The notes: generated by a model not told the origin, from the sequence alone. Shown: positions 35,624 to 45,802, numbered from the stretch's first letter. The stretch is DNA of 64,000 bases from Candidatus Aminicenantes bacterium (GCA_963843505.1 CAWJKR010000007.1:54384-118383); one strand, 5' to 3'. A program made the numbers and translations.

Positions 35624-37362
35624 TTAATCAACTCTGACGGCGGCGACAAGTGTCTTGGTCGATTCGCCATCCGCCCTATACGCACGCACATAAAAATAGT
35701 AATAACCGGGAGCGACGTTGTCCGACATTACGTAACTTGTCGTATTGGCGGGGACTGTATCAAGCAACTGAAAAACATTCCCGGACTTTAAATAGATCTT
35801 GAACCCGCTCTCGTTATCTGAGTTATCGGTCCATGTTAACGTTATTTCGTAGTTGCCACCATTCTCTGCAACGGTGCCGTCGAGATCTGATGGCGCATCG
35901 GGAAGAACAGGGACCGTATAAACAAGGGCATTGTAAGCGTTTAGCCGCCCGTGTGATTGGGCCTTTCCGAGCAGCGCGCCAAGACTATTCACGCTTTTAA
36001 GCAATATCGTCTTGTTTTCCCACCAACTTAGCCCAGGTCGTTGACTCCAAAGAAGCGCGGCGACTCCAGACACATACGGAGCCGCCATAGACGTGCCTGC
36101 ATGATACTGATAGTCGTTACCCCGCTTAGTGCTAAAGATATTATATGATTCTTGGTCAGCGTCCGTTCCCCCCGGCGCTCCTAGGTCAACCGAATATTGG
36201 CCATAATTAGAAAAACCAGATAAAACGTCATCGTAGTCGGTAGACAAGACGGAGATGATGTTGTCCAAGTCATATCCAGAGGGATAATGCGGGTAGATAT
36301 CGTTGTTTTTACTTGAGTTGCCTGCTGCGGCAACAAATAGTATGCCGCTAGTTTGTGCTCTGTCTATCGCCGAGAAAAGCGCAGCCGAATAAGGGAGGTG
36401 CCAGCTGGCGTTAATGATGTTGGCTCCGGCCACGATTGCGTAATCGATCGCGTGAATTGCGTCGGCTGCTTCGCCATCACCTCTCCAATCGAAAATCTTG
36501 AGTGCCATTAGCTTAACATCCCAGCAGACGCCCGTAACTCCGGTGCCGTTATTTCCCTCAGCCCCAACGATGCCCGCAACATGTGTCCCATGATAATTTT
36601 CGGCACCGCCTGGTACAGTTGGATCATCGTAATCGTCCATCGGGTCATTATCTTCATGATATGGTGGCGCATAGCCCCTATTAAAATCCCAACCCACCCA
36701 ATCATCTATATATCCATTTCCATCATTATCAATCCCGTCAGCCTTATATTCACCCGACTCCGATGAATTCATCCAAATATTGGCATCGAGATCCACATGA
36801 TTATGGTCAATTCCAGTATCGATTATCGCTACGATGACCTCTGAGCTACCTGTGTTAATTTCCCAAGCCTCAGGGCTATCAATATCCGCGTCTATCGTTC
36901 CCCCCTGATCGCCTCCATTGTTGAGCCCCCATAGCGATGAAAAATATGTATCGGCGGGAATAACATCAAGGTGTACTTTGAAATTCATCTCTGCATATTC
37001 AACCAATGGACATGAACGGATAAGTGAAAGGGCCCGTTCTACTCCAATTGACTCCGGAACCCTAACGTGGAATAAATTTGGGTCCCCTAAAAAGGATCGT
37101 TCGTTCTCATTGAATCCTGTCCAAGCGGCTGCAGCAATCTCCCCGCCATGATAGCTAATGATGCTTCCTTGGAGAGACCCAAGTTCCTGGCGAACGAGGG
37201 CCGGGCTAATTGCCGACTTGAACTTGATGAGGATTTCGTTAGGAACTGCCTCCACCGCCGAAATCAGGCTTCCCTGGCCGGAATTGCTCGTTCCTCCAAT
37301 AAGAAGAGAAAAAGCTGCAAAAACGAATAAGAGGCTACTACCAAATCATTTTGTTTAAGCAT
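35624..37362 (-). CDS. Secreted S8 subtilisin-like protease with a C-terminal FN3 domain (one-base frameshift in the leader)
   Basis: Catalytic triad IIDTG, HGTHVAG, GTSMAAP; DNDGNGYIDD insert; FN3 WTDNSDNESGF...YVRAY; RBS AAGGAGGT before the ATG at 37362. Confidence 0.9.
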
Positions 37363-37378
37363 TTTACCCACCTCCTTA

Positions 37379-38677
37379 TTAAAACAGTCTGATCCTTAAT
37401 CCAACTAGAATTGAATAACCACCCAGGTCGAGATTTGCTTTCCTTATATCTCTTATGGAACTGATGCCGCCCTCGATCGGTCTCGTCTCTCTTACTGCCA
37501 GTATTTTGTACCGTGAACCGATAAGAAGGTCTTCTGCGGAATAGGAATAAAGAATTCCCGACCATTGATGTGATGTTGTATCCACGAGATTGCCTCCGGC
37601 ATCATATGAACTCGAGGTCCCTTTGGCAGTCCCTCGCAAATGGCCAGTCTTAGCAATCCTCCATTTGGTTTCAACGACAAGGGCCAACTTATTGGTCAGA
37701 TTGGCGCTTAAGTCGAAACCACCATGAAAACCAATCGGAAACGAACGACTTAGATCCAGAGTACCAACTCCTTGAGAATGGCTGCCCAGGGGAAATTGGA
37801 TATCAGTTTCCCTCGTGAGCTTATATTTCCCTGGATAATATCCCGCTCCAGCAAGAGCAGATATGTTCACAAGGCGACTAATTATTACGGAATTGCGAAT
37901 AGATAAGAGCACTGATAAATTGGCATCAACAACATGTCTTTCGAAAAGGGTAGTTGCTTGTGCTCCAGCATCGCCCATGACTGAATAGGTGATGGAACTG
38001 TCATTGGAAAGACGAACTGGCCCCAGCATAGCGACTGCACATGTCCAGCGCTTGGCTAGCCGGTATCCGATTTCTATTCCCAGGGTTTTCGTAGAGCTGG
38101 GTATCGTTTCTAGGCCGCCTGAGATATATCCGGGGTGAGTTGTTCTTAGATATTCGAAATAAGAATTGTTATTGTACGAATCAATAGCATTGTTCGGATC
38201 GCCGATGGCAAACGAGCTTATCTGCCCAAAAAAACTCAGAGAAAAGCGTAGAAAATTGGCCGAAACGGACTCATTCTTACCCTCTGTATTGTATGGACCA
38301 TAGAAGCCACTAAATATTCTCATTTTATTAGAAAACACTAAGAAAGTGTCGGTTAAAACGTTCCTTTGAAAAAAATGCGAGGGCCCGTATACGAAGATGC
38401 CGAGACTATGCCGTTGCACGAAATTCCATCTGATCTCAGCTTGCCAATCTTTGTACCGGATTGGCAGAGGAAGGTAGTCGCCGACGACTGTCCCGGGTTC
38501 AGCATCCCGAAGCCCATCGTAGATCGAGTTCAATAAGACAAGGGCCGTATTTAGATAGCCGACCTTAATGGACCCGAAACCCTCATTGAAGACCAGGCTG
38601 AAACGCGTCTGAGCAACTGAAAATGATCCGCAGAACAACAGTAAAGATAGGAAGGCCAGCCAATATCTGCTTTTCAT
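37379..38677 (-). CDS. Beta-barrel protein: truncated paralog of 34605-35543 fused to a second barrel
   Basis: First ~110 aa clearly similar to the 35543 gene; remainder is a related barrel ending VGLRIRLF. Confidence 0.6.
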   Translation of the reverse strand: MKSRYWLAFLSLLLFCGSFSVAQTRFSLVFNEGFGSIKVGYLNTALVLLNSIYDGLRDAEPGTVVGDYLPLPIRYKDWQAEIRWNFVQRHSLGIFVYGPSHFFQRNVLTDTFLVFSNKMRIFSGFYGPYNTEGKNESVSANFLRFSLSFFGQISSFAIGDPNNAIDSYNNNSYFEYLRTTHPGYISGGLETIPSSTKTLGIEIGYRLAKRWTCAVAMLGPVRLSNDSSITYSVMGDAGAQATTLFERHVVDANLSVLLSIRNSVIISRLVNISALAGAGYYPGKYKLTRETDIQFPLGSHSQGVGTLDLSRSFPIGFHGGFDLSANLTNKLALVVETKWRIAKTGHLRGTAKGTSSSYDAGGNLVDTTSHQWSGILYSYSAEDLLIGSRYKILAVRETRPIEGGISSIRDIRKANLDLGGYSILVGLRIRLF

Positions 38678-38977
38678 TATTAGCTCCCTATCTCCTGATG
38701 CCTAATGCTAATATTTACCAAGGTATGGCGCTGCTCGCGTGAAAAGAGCTTATGCACGCAATTGTGCCTCCTTCCATCTGCTCCGTGAGATGTCCGAATC
38801 CAAACAAATCGAGATGGACAAACAAACCCCCTGATTCCCATGCGCTGACAACATCCGACAACCCCAACTTCTTCCGGAAGTCGAGGGCACATTCCAGCGA
38901 GGGCCCGATCTTCATGGCCGTCCGCAACTCCTTCTACTAATAAAAACCCGTCCGGAAGGCAAAACTTCTCACTCAGT

Positions 38978-39005
38978 TTGAAACTTTCTGTCCGACTGAT
39001 ATAGT
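38978..39005 (+). promoter_or_regulatory. Sigma70-type promoter of the island ECF gene
   Basis: TTGAAA-N16-TATAGT with extended TG; ATG 10 nt downstream. Confidence 0.45.
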
Positions 39006-39015
39006 TGTCAGGGAT

Positions 39016-39531
39016 ATGGCTGACTCGATTGACGAAACCCTGAAAGAAATAGCCCCTCGCATAAGGGCTGAACTCAATAAGATTGGGTATTTCAGCCATA
39101 TTCCCGAAAGCGACGATCTGCTGCAGGAGACCCTTATTCGGGTCTGGAAAGCCCTTAAAAATCGGGACGGCAAGCTGGAATATATAAATTCATACGTAAA
39201 AAAGGTCGTATTTTCGGTTTATATTAATGAGGTCAACAGAATTCGCCGAGAAAAACAGTTGGTGGCCTCGGCTGGAGGCCAGGGGTTTTGCGACCAGGAA
39301 ACGGGCCGAGGCCGCCTGGATCCAGCAGGCCTCATTGAGGGAGCCATTATGGCATCGCTTTCGGCCCTATCGGAAACGAAGAGGCGTGTCATCAGACTGC
39401 ACATTGAAGGTTTCACCTTATCGGAGATCGCACTCTCCAACCACTGGTCCTTTAGCAAGGTCCGCGATAACTACTATCGCGGAATCGAGGAATTGAGACG
39501 AAGGTTGGCAAGGAAAGGGCTCTTGGGATGA
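39016..39531 (+). CDS. ECF RNA polymerase sigma factor
   Basis: DDLLQETLIRVWK (region 2); LSETKRRVIRLHIEGFTLSEIA...YYRGIEELR (region 4). Confidence 0.85.
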   Translation: MADSIDETLKEIAPRIRAELNKIGYFSHIPESDDLLQETLIRVWKALKNRDGKLEYINSYVKKVVFSVYINEVNRIRREKQLVASAGGQGFCDQETGRGRLDPAGLIEGAIMASLSALSETKRRVIRLHIEGFTLSEIALSNHWSFSKVRDNYYRGIEELRRRLARKGLLG

Positions 39532-40223
39532 AGACAAGCTGGACGGATGTCGAGCGAATTATTCGGGATCATCCAGAGCGGGCAGGAGCCGGGCATGCAT
39601 GCCCAAAGCCAGAGGATCTGGCCCTCCTGGTAGAGGAAGAGATCGGGCGGCGGGCCAGGAAAAGGATAATGAAACATGTCGCGAATTGTCCTGATTGCTC
39701 GATGCTCCTCAAGTCTCTTCTTTCGCTCTCGAGAGCGGTCGATGAGCTCACTGCGAAGACAGAAGTCGACCGTCGCCCCTTGTCGGAATCCATGCCTGAC
39801 GGTGCGAGGCCAGCTCGCTTCATTCGGAGCCGGAGGTTGGCGATAACGGCCATTGCCGCTATTGCCGGCATTACGATCATCGCCGTATCGATAACGAGAT
39901 TTTCGAAGCCCTATGCGCTTAGAGGAAGAACGGGAAGGATCGAGCTTATCGCTCCCAAGATGGGAGCCGTGCTTGAAGCCGGTCGCATAAGATTTGAGTG
40001 GAAGGCTGTCCCCGCCGCATCGCGTTATTTCATCGAGATCTTCGGCGGCTCTCTGGAATTGGCCTGGCGCAGTGAGCCTCTCTTCGGGCCTCAAACAGAG
40101 TTGGCCGTTGGATCCACCGCGGCGGTCCAGAGAGGGGGGACATATTTCTGGAAGGTCACGGCCGTTCTGGCGAACGGCCAGGACGTCGTCTCGAAGTCCA
40201 GGAAATTCTCGATCCGGCGATAG
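39528..40223 (+). CDS. zf-HC2 anti-sigma factor with TM helix and extracytoplasmic Ig/FN3-like domain
   Basis: HACP...HVANCPDC; TM LAITAIAAIAGITIIAVSI; LRG; FEWKAV...YFWKVTA; ATGA overlap with the sigma gene. Confidence 0.8.
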   Translation: MKTSWTDVERIIRDHPERAGAGHACPKPEDLALLVEEEIGRRARKRIMKHVANCPDCSMLLKSLLSLSRAVDELTAKTEVDRRPLSESMPDGARPARFIRSRRLAITAIAAIAGITIIAVSITRFSKPYALRGRTGRIELIAPKMGAVLEAGRIRFEWKAVPAASRYFIEIFGGSLELAWRSEPLFGPQTELAVGSTAAVQRGGTYFWKVTAVLANGQDVVSKSRKFSIRR

Positions 40224-40229
40224 GCTCTC

Positions 40230-43112
40230 CTAATATTCCCCCGTCAGAACGTAGGAGGCCCAAAAGAAGGGATGCGCGAATTTTGTTTTCCGCATCGCTG
40301 CCTTTGCCGCCTGGAGAGCCTTGGCCTTTCCCTCGTCGCGGAAATAGGCGTCGTAAAAGTATCTCATGAAGACCGAGCCCGATTCGTCGCTGATCGGCCA
40401 GAGGGTTGACAGTACCGATCTCGCCCCTACGAACAAGAAAGCCCGGGGCAGTCCGAGATTCCCTCCATTCTCCACGATCTTGCCCCGCCCCGTTTGACAC
40501 CCCGAAAGAACGACGAGGTCGGCTTTCGTTCTAAGACCGTACATTTCCGATACCTGCAGATAACCGTCCTCTCGGCTGTCGGGACCTGGCGACAAGAATA
40601 GTGATGAGCGCAAGGGATTTCTGTCATCCGAGAAGGCATGACAGGCGAGATGTATCAGCCGATAAGCGGCGAGGTCGAGGCCCTTAAAGGCTCCTTCTGT
40701 AGCCTCTTCGCCCCGGAAAATATCGATCTTTTTCCGGTCGATCCTCGACGCGAGATCCGAGACCTCTCTCTCGATAAAAGGAAGGGGATCGTCCGAAAAT
40801 CCGTCTCTCTGATAGATTTCATCGAGGATCTCGGTGGACGAGGAGGCCATTGAATTCAGGGAATGACTTTTTGACGCCGCCCTATTCGACACGCCAAAGG
40901 CCAGCGCCGTCTTCGCGTACACCGGACTCCGGATTTTTCCCGCCCGAGCCAGCGAGGCGGCGGACGGTGCGTAGGAGACTGTGAGCCGGTCATTGACAAA
41001 GACGGGTCCCGCGGGTCCAGGGGCCGGTAAGGCCAAGGCCTCGAACGGCAAGCGAAAAAGCACGCCGTCCGGCACGATGACCAACCGGTCGATGCCGGCG
41101 GGGAGGAGCGCCATCGCCGGCGCCAAAAGTGATCTATAGAGCTTCTGGGCAGCGGGGAGGCCATCCGCCTCGGCAAAGGAGGGGTCCTCGAGGAAGCTCA
41201 AGAAGCCGATGACCGAGTCCGTCAGCTCGGCCGCCGGCGGCATTTCGATCAGATCGAACGAAGTTCTGCTCATGCAGATAAGGGCGGATTTTGACCCGCC
41301 CAAAACGTATTCGAGGATCGCTGTGCGGTCGTCCAGAATATTGTCCTGAAGGTAGGCCGGGGGGACAGGGGATGATCCGGGGTCATCGGGAGTGGCGTCC
41401 CGGTTGAATACCATCATGTCCAGAAGATCGTCGATTTGGACGATCCTCTTCTCGATCGACATGCGGTCTTCCCGCCCAGGATCCCCTGAGGAGATCGATT
41501 TCAGGAGCTCGGTCCTTTCGCTGCTGAGCTTGGCCTCTTCGGCATCCCTCCTGGCTTGTTCAACTCGCGCCGGCGGCTCATAAGATCTCTCTCGGAACTG
41601 GCGATAGGACCTGGCCCTCAGGGATTCCGAAAGACGGAAGATCTCACGCCCGTATACGCTTCCCTCCTTGCCTCTCGACAATTCCAGGTAAAGGCGGACC
41701 AAGGCCTGGAACGGCTCCCCGGCTCTCCTTACGAATTCGGCACGGTGGACGTCGCTGGCGATGCCGGAGAGCCCTTGGTCGACGGCGCTTAGCGCGAGAT
41801 CGTAAAATCCGAGGGCCTGATCGAGATGTCTTGCGGCCTCTGCGCAGCGTCCCAGGCCAAATGCGGCGCTCATGGCAAAGAAGGAGTTATCCGTGCGCCT
41901 GGATATCGAAAGGGTCTCATTGAAGTAAACCTCGGCTTCGCTCAATGCCCCGGTCCGAAGGGCCCACTCTCCCAAGGTCGAGAGGATCCTGGCCAAGGCC
42001 GGAGAATCCGTTTCGGACCTCCGGGCCTCCCTCAGGGTGGACATAAGGATCCGGCGGGCTTCTTCGAGAAGGCCGCGATCGATGAAGACTCTGGCCACGC
42101 CGGCGAGGGCTTCAAAGCGAAGGAATCCTTCGTTGTTCGGATTAATGGAGAAAAGGTACGAGCTGAAGCAGTCAAGCGCCTTCTCGGTGAGATCCTCCAG
42201 CGGCCTTCTGTCTTCCAGAGCCAGGAACAGGTTGCCGAGACCAACCAGCATCGAGGTCTCGAGTGCCCGTTCCGAGCCCGCGGGAATCCGCGATACGGCG
42301 TCCAGCAGATATTCGCTGGACTTATCATAATCGCCGAGCGCGAAGTACATTTCCGAAATATTGTTCAAGCATGCGATCTGGTCGCTATTGTTAGGCGACC
42401 CTTCCATCTCGATGAGGGCCCTTAAGAAGAAGCTCAGCGCGCGAGGATGATCGCTCTTCATGGCATAGTATGCGCCAATTCTCCTCAACGCTCTGGATGC
42501 CTCTAACCTGTAGTTCAGTGATCGCGCCAATTCCAGGGCTTTAAGGCTTAAAGCTAAGTATTTCTCTTGGCTGTTCTTGTCACGGAGATAATTGAGACTC
42601 CAATCACCCAAGATCTTGAGTTGATACGAGGGACTAGCGATCCGGAGAGCCAGCTCATACGCCTCTTCGAATGCCCGGGTCGACGCGGCCATGTCACCGA
42701 GGGACCGCAGGTTGAGCGCTTGAACGATAGCCTTCTGAATCGACAATTCCTCTCCAAAGGACACCGTTTCGGCCGGCAGATGCGCCCGACCGGCCCAATC
42801 ATGCGCGGTTTGGGCGCTTACAATGGCTTCTTCGATGCGCCCTGAGAAAATCAGAACATGTCCAAGGATATGAAAGACCCGGGCCCGTTCTTTTGCGGGA
42901 AGCTCGGTATCGGCAAGCGTTTTCTCGTAACAAGCGACGGCTTCTGCGTAGCTGCCCTTCTCTATGAGGCCTAGCCCGATCGCCAGGGCCAGGTCCTGAT
43001 TACCGCCAACATTGGAATCTGGGGGTCCGTCTGAAACCGACGAACACACCGTTGATAACAGGGCCAACGCGATAATGACCCATCCTCGTTCTTTGACGAA
43101 TCCTAGCAGCAT
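40230..43112 (-). CDS. TPR-CHAT (caspase HetF-associated) protease with N-terminal signal/TM
   Basis: Hydrophobic leader; TPR repeats; IVPDGVLFRLPFEAL, HLACHA (His), LVVLSGCQTG (Cys), STLWPISD and HPFFWA motifs. Confidence 0.92.
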   Translation of the reverse strand: MLLGFVKERGWVIIALALLSTVCSSVSDGPPDSNVGGNQDLALAIGLGLIEKGSYAEAVACYEKTLADTELPAKERARVFHILGHVLIFSGRIEEAIVSAQTAHDWAGRAHLPAETVSFGEELSIQKAIVQALNLRSLGDMAASTRAFEEAYELALRIASPSYQLKILGDWSLNYLRDKNSQEKYLALSLKALELARSLNYRLEASRALRRIGAYYAMKSDHPRALSFFLRALIEMEGSPNNSDQIACLNNISEMYFALGDYDKSSEYLLDAVSRIPAGSERALETSMLVGLGNLFLALEDRRPLEDLTEKALDCFSSYLFSINPNNEGFLRFEALAGVARVFIDRGLLEEARRILMSTLREARRSETDSPALARILSTLGEWALRTGALSEAEVYFNETLSISRRTDNSFFAMSAAFGLGRCAEAARHLDQALGFYDLALSAVDQGLSGIASDVHRAEFVRRAGEPFQALVRLYLELSRGKEGSVYGREIFRLSESLRARSYRQFRERSYEPPARVEQARRDAEEAKLSSERTELLKSISSGDPGREDRMSIEKRIVQIDDLLDMMVFNRDATPDDPGSSPVPPAYLQDNILDDRTAILEYVLGGSKSALICMSRTSFDLIEMPPAAELTDSVIGFLSFLEDPSFAEADGLPAAQKLYRSLLAPAMALLPAGIDRLVIVPDGVLFRLPFEALALPAPGPAGPVFVNDRLTVSYAPSAASLARAGKIRSPVYAKTALAFGVSNRAASKSHSLNSMASSSTEILDEIYQRDGFSDDPLPFIEREVSDLASRIDRKKIDIFRGEEATEGAFKGLDLAAYRLIHLACHAFSDDRNPLRSSLFLSPGPDSREDGYLQVSEMYGLRTKADLVVLSGCQTGRGKIVENGGNLGLPRAFLFVGARSVLSTLWPISDESGSVFMRYFYDAYFRDEGKAKALQAAKAAMRKTKFAHPFFWASYVLTGEY

Positions 43113-43148
43113 AGAACGCCCTGACCCTCGACGTGTATATCCACGAAT

Positions 43149-43177
43149 ATCATAGCCAAGGCCGGCAGAATCAGCAA
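43149..43177 (-). promoter_or_regulatory. Sigma70-type promoter of the CHAT gene
   Basis: TTGCTG-N17-TATGAT on the minus strand. Confidence 0.5.
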
Positions 43178-43556
43178 GGCCCTGGGGACCTTCCGGGGTT
43201 TAATATCAGTGAGAAGAAATGCGATGGGGAGTGTTATATCGTCGTCCTCACTGAAATCATCATCGCCGGCAGTCCAATGCAGGTCCCGGCAATTATCTGG
43301 ATCCCGTGCTCATCCTCCGAATAATCAAAGCACTTGTAGCAGCGGAATCGCCTCATTATAGTTACAGCCCTAAAATGGTCGCCTCCCCGCTTCCATGTGC
43401 TTTCACGGCAGCCGCAAGATCGCCCGCTGGCAGTGATGATGAGGCATCGGGCCGACGGGTCAAAGGCAGCGCGTCCGTCTGACGTTCACGCCTCTTTGCT
43501 TTTGCAGGTCGGAATGATAAAATGCCGCCGAAATGCCCGCACCGAGGAGTCCCCGC

Positions 43557-44797
43557 ATGAACCCCGACCTGACCTATCGATAAGCTGGCCCGCCGGATCG
43601 AAAAGTACCGCGACGAGATGGTCGACCTCCAGATGACGCCTGTGCGCCATCCCGGCCATCGCCCCCTCGAGCGGCGGGGAGGGCGAGGCCAAGAAGGCCG
43701 ATTTCCTCGTCGATTGGCTCCAGGCCAACGGGTTCGTCGACATCACCGTCGTCAAGGCCCCCGACCTCGACGCGCCCGTCGGGCTATCGCCCCAACATCC
43801 TGGCCTATTACCGGGGCGGGAGCCAGGCCCGGACGGTCTGGATCATGACCCACATGGACATCGTCCCGCCCGGCGAGATGTCGCTCTGGCGCGGCGATCC
43901 GTACAAGGCCTGGGTCGAGAAGGGCCGCATCCACGGCCGCGGCGTCGAGGACAACCAGCAGGACATGGTCGCGTCGCTCTTCGCCGTCAAGGCCCTGCGG
44001 GCCGAGGGCATCGCCCCGGCTTCGACATCGGCATCGCCCTGGTCGCCGACGAGGAGACGGGGAGCCGGAAGGGCATCGATTACGTCCTCCAGAGCCACAA
44101 GGTCTTCCGCCGGCAGGACCTCATCATCGTCCCCGACGCCGGCAACGAGACCGGGACGATGATCGAGGTCGCCGAGAAGAGCCTCCTCTGGCTCAAGTTC
44201 AAGACGCTCGGCAAGCAGGCCCACGGCTCGACGCCCGAGAAGGGCATCAACAGCTTCAAGGCCGCCAGCTTCTTCATCGCCGCCCTGAACGACCTCTACA
44301 AGCTCTACCCGGGCCGGGACCGGCTCTTCGATCCGCCCATCTCGACCTTCGAGCCGACGAAGAAAGAGGCCAACGTCCCCAACGTCAACACCATCCCCGG
44401 CGAGGACGTCTTCTACATGGACATGCGGATCCTGCCCAAGGTCAAGGTCCAGGACGTCCAGAACGCGATCCGGAAGATCGCCGCGGGGATCGAAAAGAAG
44501 TTCAAGGTCAAGATCCACACCGAGATCCAGCAGAAGGCCCCGGCCGCCCCTCCGACGCCGGCCCAGGCCCCCGTGGTCATGGCCCTCAAGAAGGCCATCC
44601 AGGCGGTCTACAAGCAGGAGGCCCGGGCCATGGGCATCGGCGGCGGCACCGTGGCGGCCGTATTCCGCCGGGCCGGGTTCCCCGCCGCCTGCTGGTCCAA
44701 GCTCGACGAGACGGCCCACCAGCCGAACGAGTACTGCATCATCGACAACATGGTCTGCGACGCCAAGGTCTTCGGCCACATCTTCCTGCAGGAGTAG
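43557..44797 (+). CDS. M20 family metallohydrolase (ArgE/DapE-like), frameshifted
   Basis: HMDIVPPG, GRGVEDN, ADEETG and AHQPNE motifs. Confidence 0.85.
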
Positions 44798-44806
44798 GGC
44801 CGGGAT

Positions 44807-45802
44807 TCAGACAGGACGCCGCACCGCCGGGGCGGGCTGCGGCGGCTCCGGGTAGATCCTCTGAACGCGCTGGGCGATGCGGACCGTGTTGAGGTGGATG
44901 TCGACGGTGTCCTTGATATCCAGCGCGTAGCCCCCGGCCAGGACGACGGCGACGGGGATCCCCAGGCGCCGGGCGTTCTCGATGACGAGCTTGTCCCTTT
45001 CCTTCAACCCCGCCTTGGTCAGCGCCAGGCCGCCCAGCTGGTCTTTTTCATAGGGGTCGGCGCCGGCCAGGTAGATGATAAGGTTCGGCCGGAATTCCTT
45101 GTATATCTTGGGGATATGGGCGCCGAGCTCGGCCAGGTACTTGACGTCGCCGTCCCCGGCCCAGACGCCGACGTCGAGGGTGCTCATGGGCTTTTCCGTG
45201 GGATAGATATCCATCTGGTGGATGGAGAAGGTGAAGATCTCCGGCCGGCCGGCCAGGGCGGCGGCCGTGCCGTTGCCCTGGTGGAGGTCGCAGTCGACGA
45301 TCATGACCCGCCCGGCGAGCTCGTCGACGATGACCTTGCGGGCGGCCACGGCGACGTCGTTGAGAAGGCAGAAGCCCTCGCCGTGGTCGGGGAAGGCGTG
45401 ATGGAAGCCGCCGCCGATGTGGACGGCCAGGCCCGATTCGATGGCCTTGCGGGCGGCCAGCACCGTTCCCCCGACCGAGAGAAGGGCGAAGCGGACGAAC
45501 TCGGGGGAATAGCGGACCTCGAGGGCCTTGAGCTCCGCCGCGCTCAGCCCGCCCGTCTTGACGCGCTTGAGGTAGCGCGCGGTGTGGACGAGCAGGACGT
45601 CCTCGTCGGTGGCCGGCCGGGGCCTGAGGAAATTCTCCTTCTTCGCCCCCATGGCCAGGAGGTTCTCGTAGACGAGCCGGTACTTCTGGAGGGGGAAGAC
45701 GTGCTTGCCGGTCTCGACCATCCAGTACTCGTTGCTGAAGACGAGCTGGAACGGGAAGCGCTTTCCGACGAGCACCTTGAAGAGGTTGAGCAGGTCTCCC
45801 AT
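44807..45802 (-). CDS. Histone deacetylase family protein
   Basis: GGGFHHA, GFC, DCDLHQGNGT, GADP...D and LAGGY motifs. Confidence 0.9.
   Translation of the reverse strand: MGDLLNLFKVLVGKRFPFQLVFSNEYWMVETGKHVFPLQKYRLVYENLLAMGAKKENFLRPRPATDEDVLLVHTARYLKRVKTGGLSAAELKALEVRYSPEFVRFALLSVGGTVLAARKAIESGLAVHIGGGFHHAFPDHGEGFCLLNDVAVAARKVIVDELAGRVMIVDCDLHQGNGTAAALAGRPEIFTFSIHQMDIYPTEKPMSTLDVGVWAGDGDVKYLAELGAHIPKIYKEFRPNLIIYLAGADPYEKDQLGGLALTKAGLKERDKLVIENARRLGIPVAVVLAGGYALDIKDTVDIHLNTVRIAQRVQRIYPEPPQPAPAVRRPV

Larger units (their letters stand above)
34575..43400. other. Lower-GC genomic island (boundaries approximate)
   Basis: Abrupt shift to A/T-ending codons between the phosphatidyltransferase and M20 genes; no integrase or transposase seen. 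Confidence 0.75.

Noticed and set aside
34575-43400. Type III-E CRISPR locus or prophage
   Set aside because: No repeat-spacer array, Cas7-11, integrase or phage genes are present
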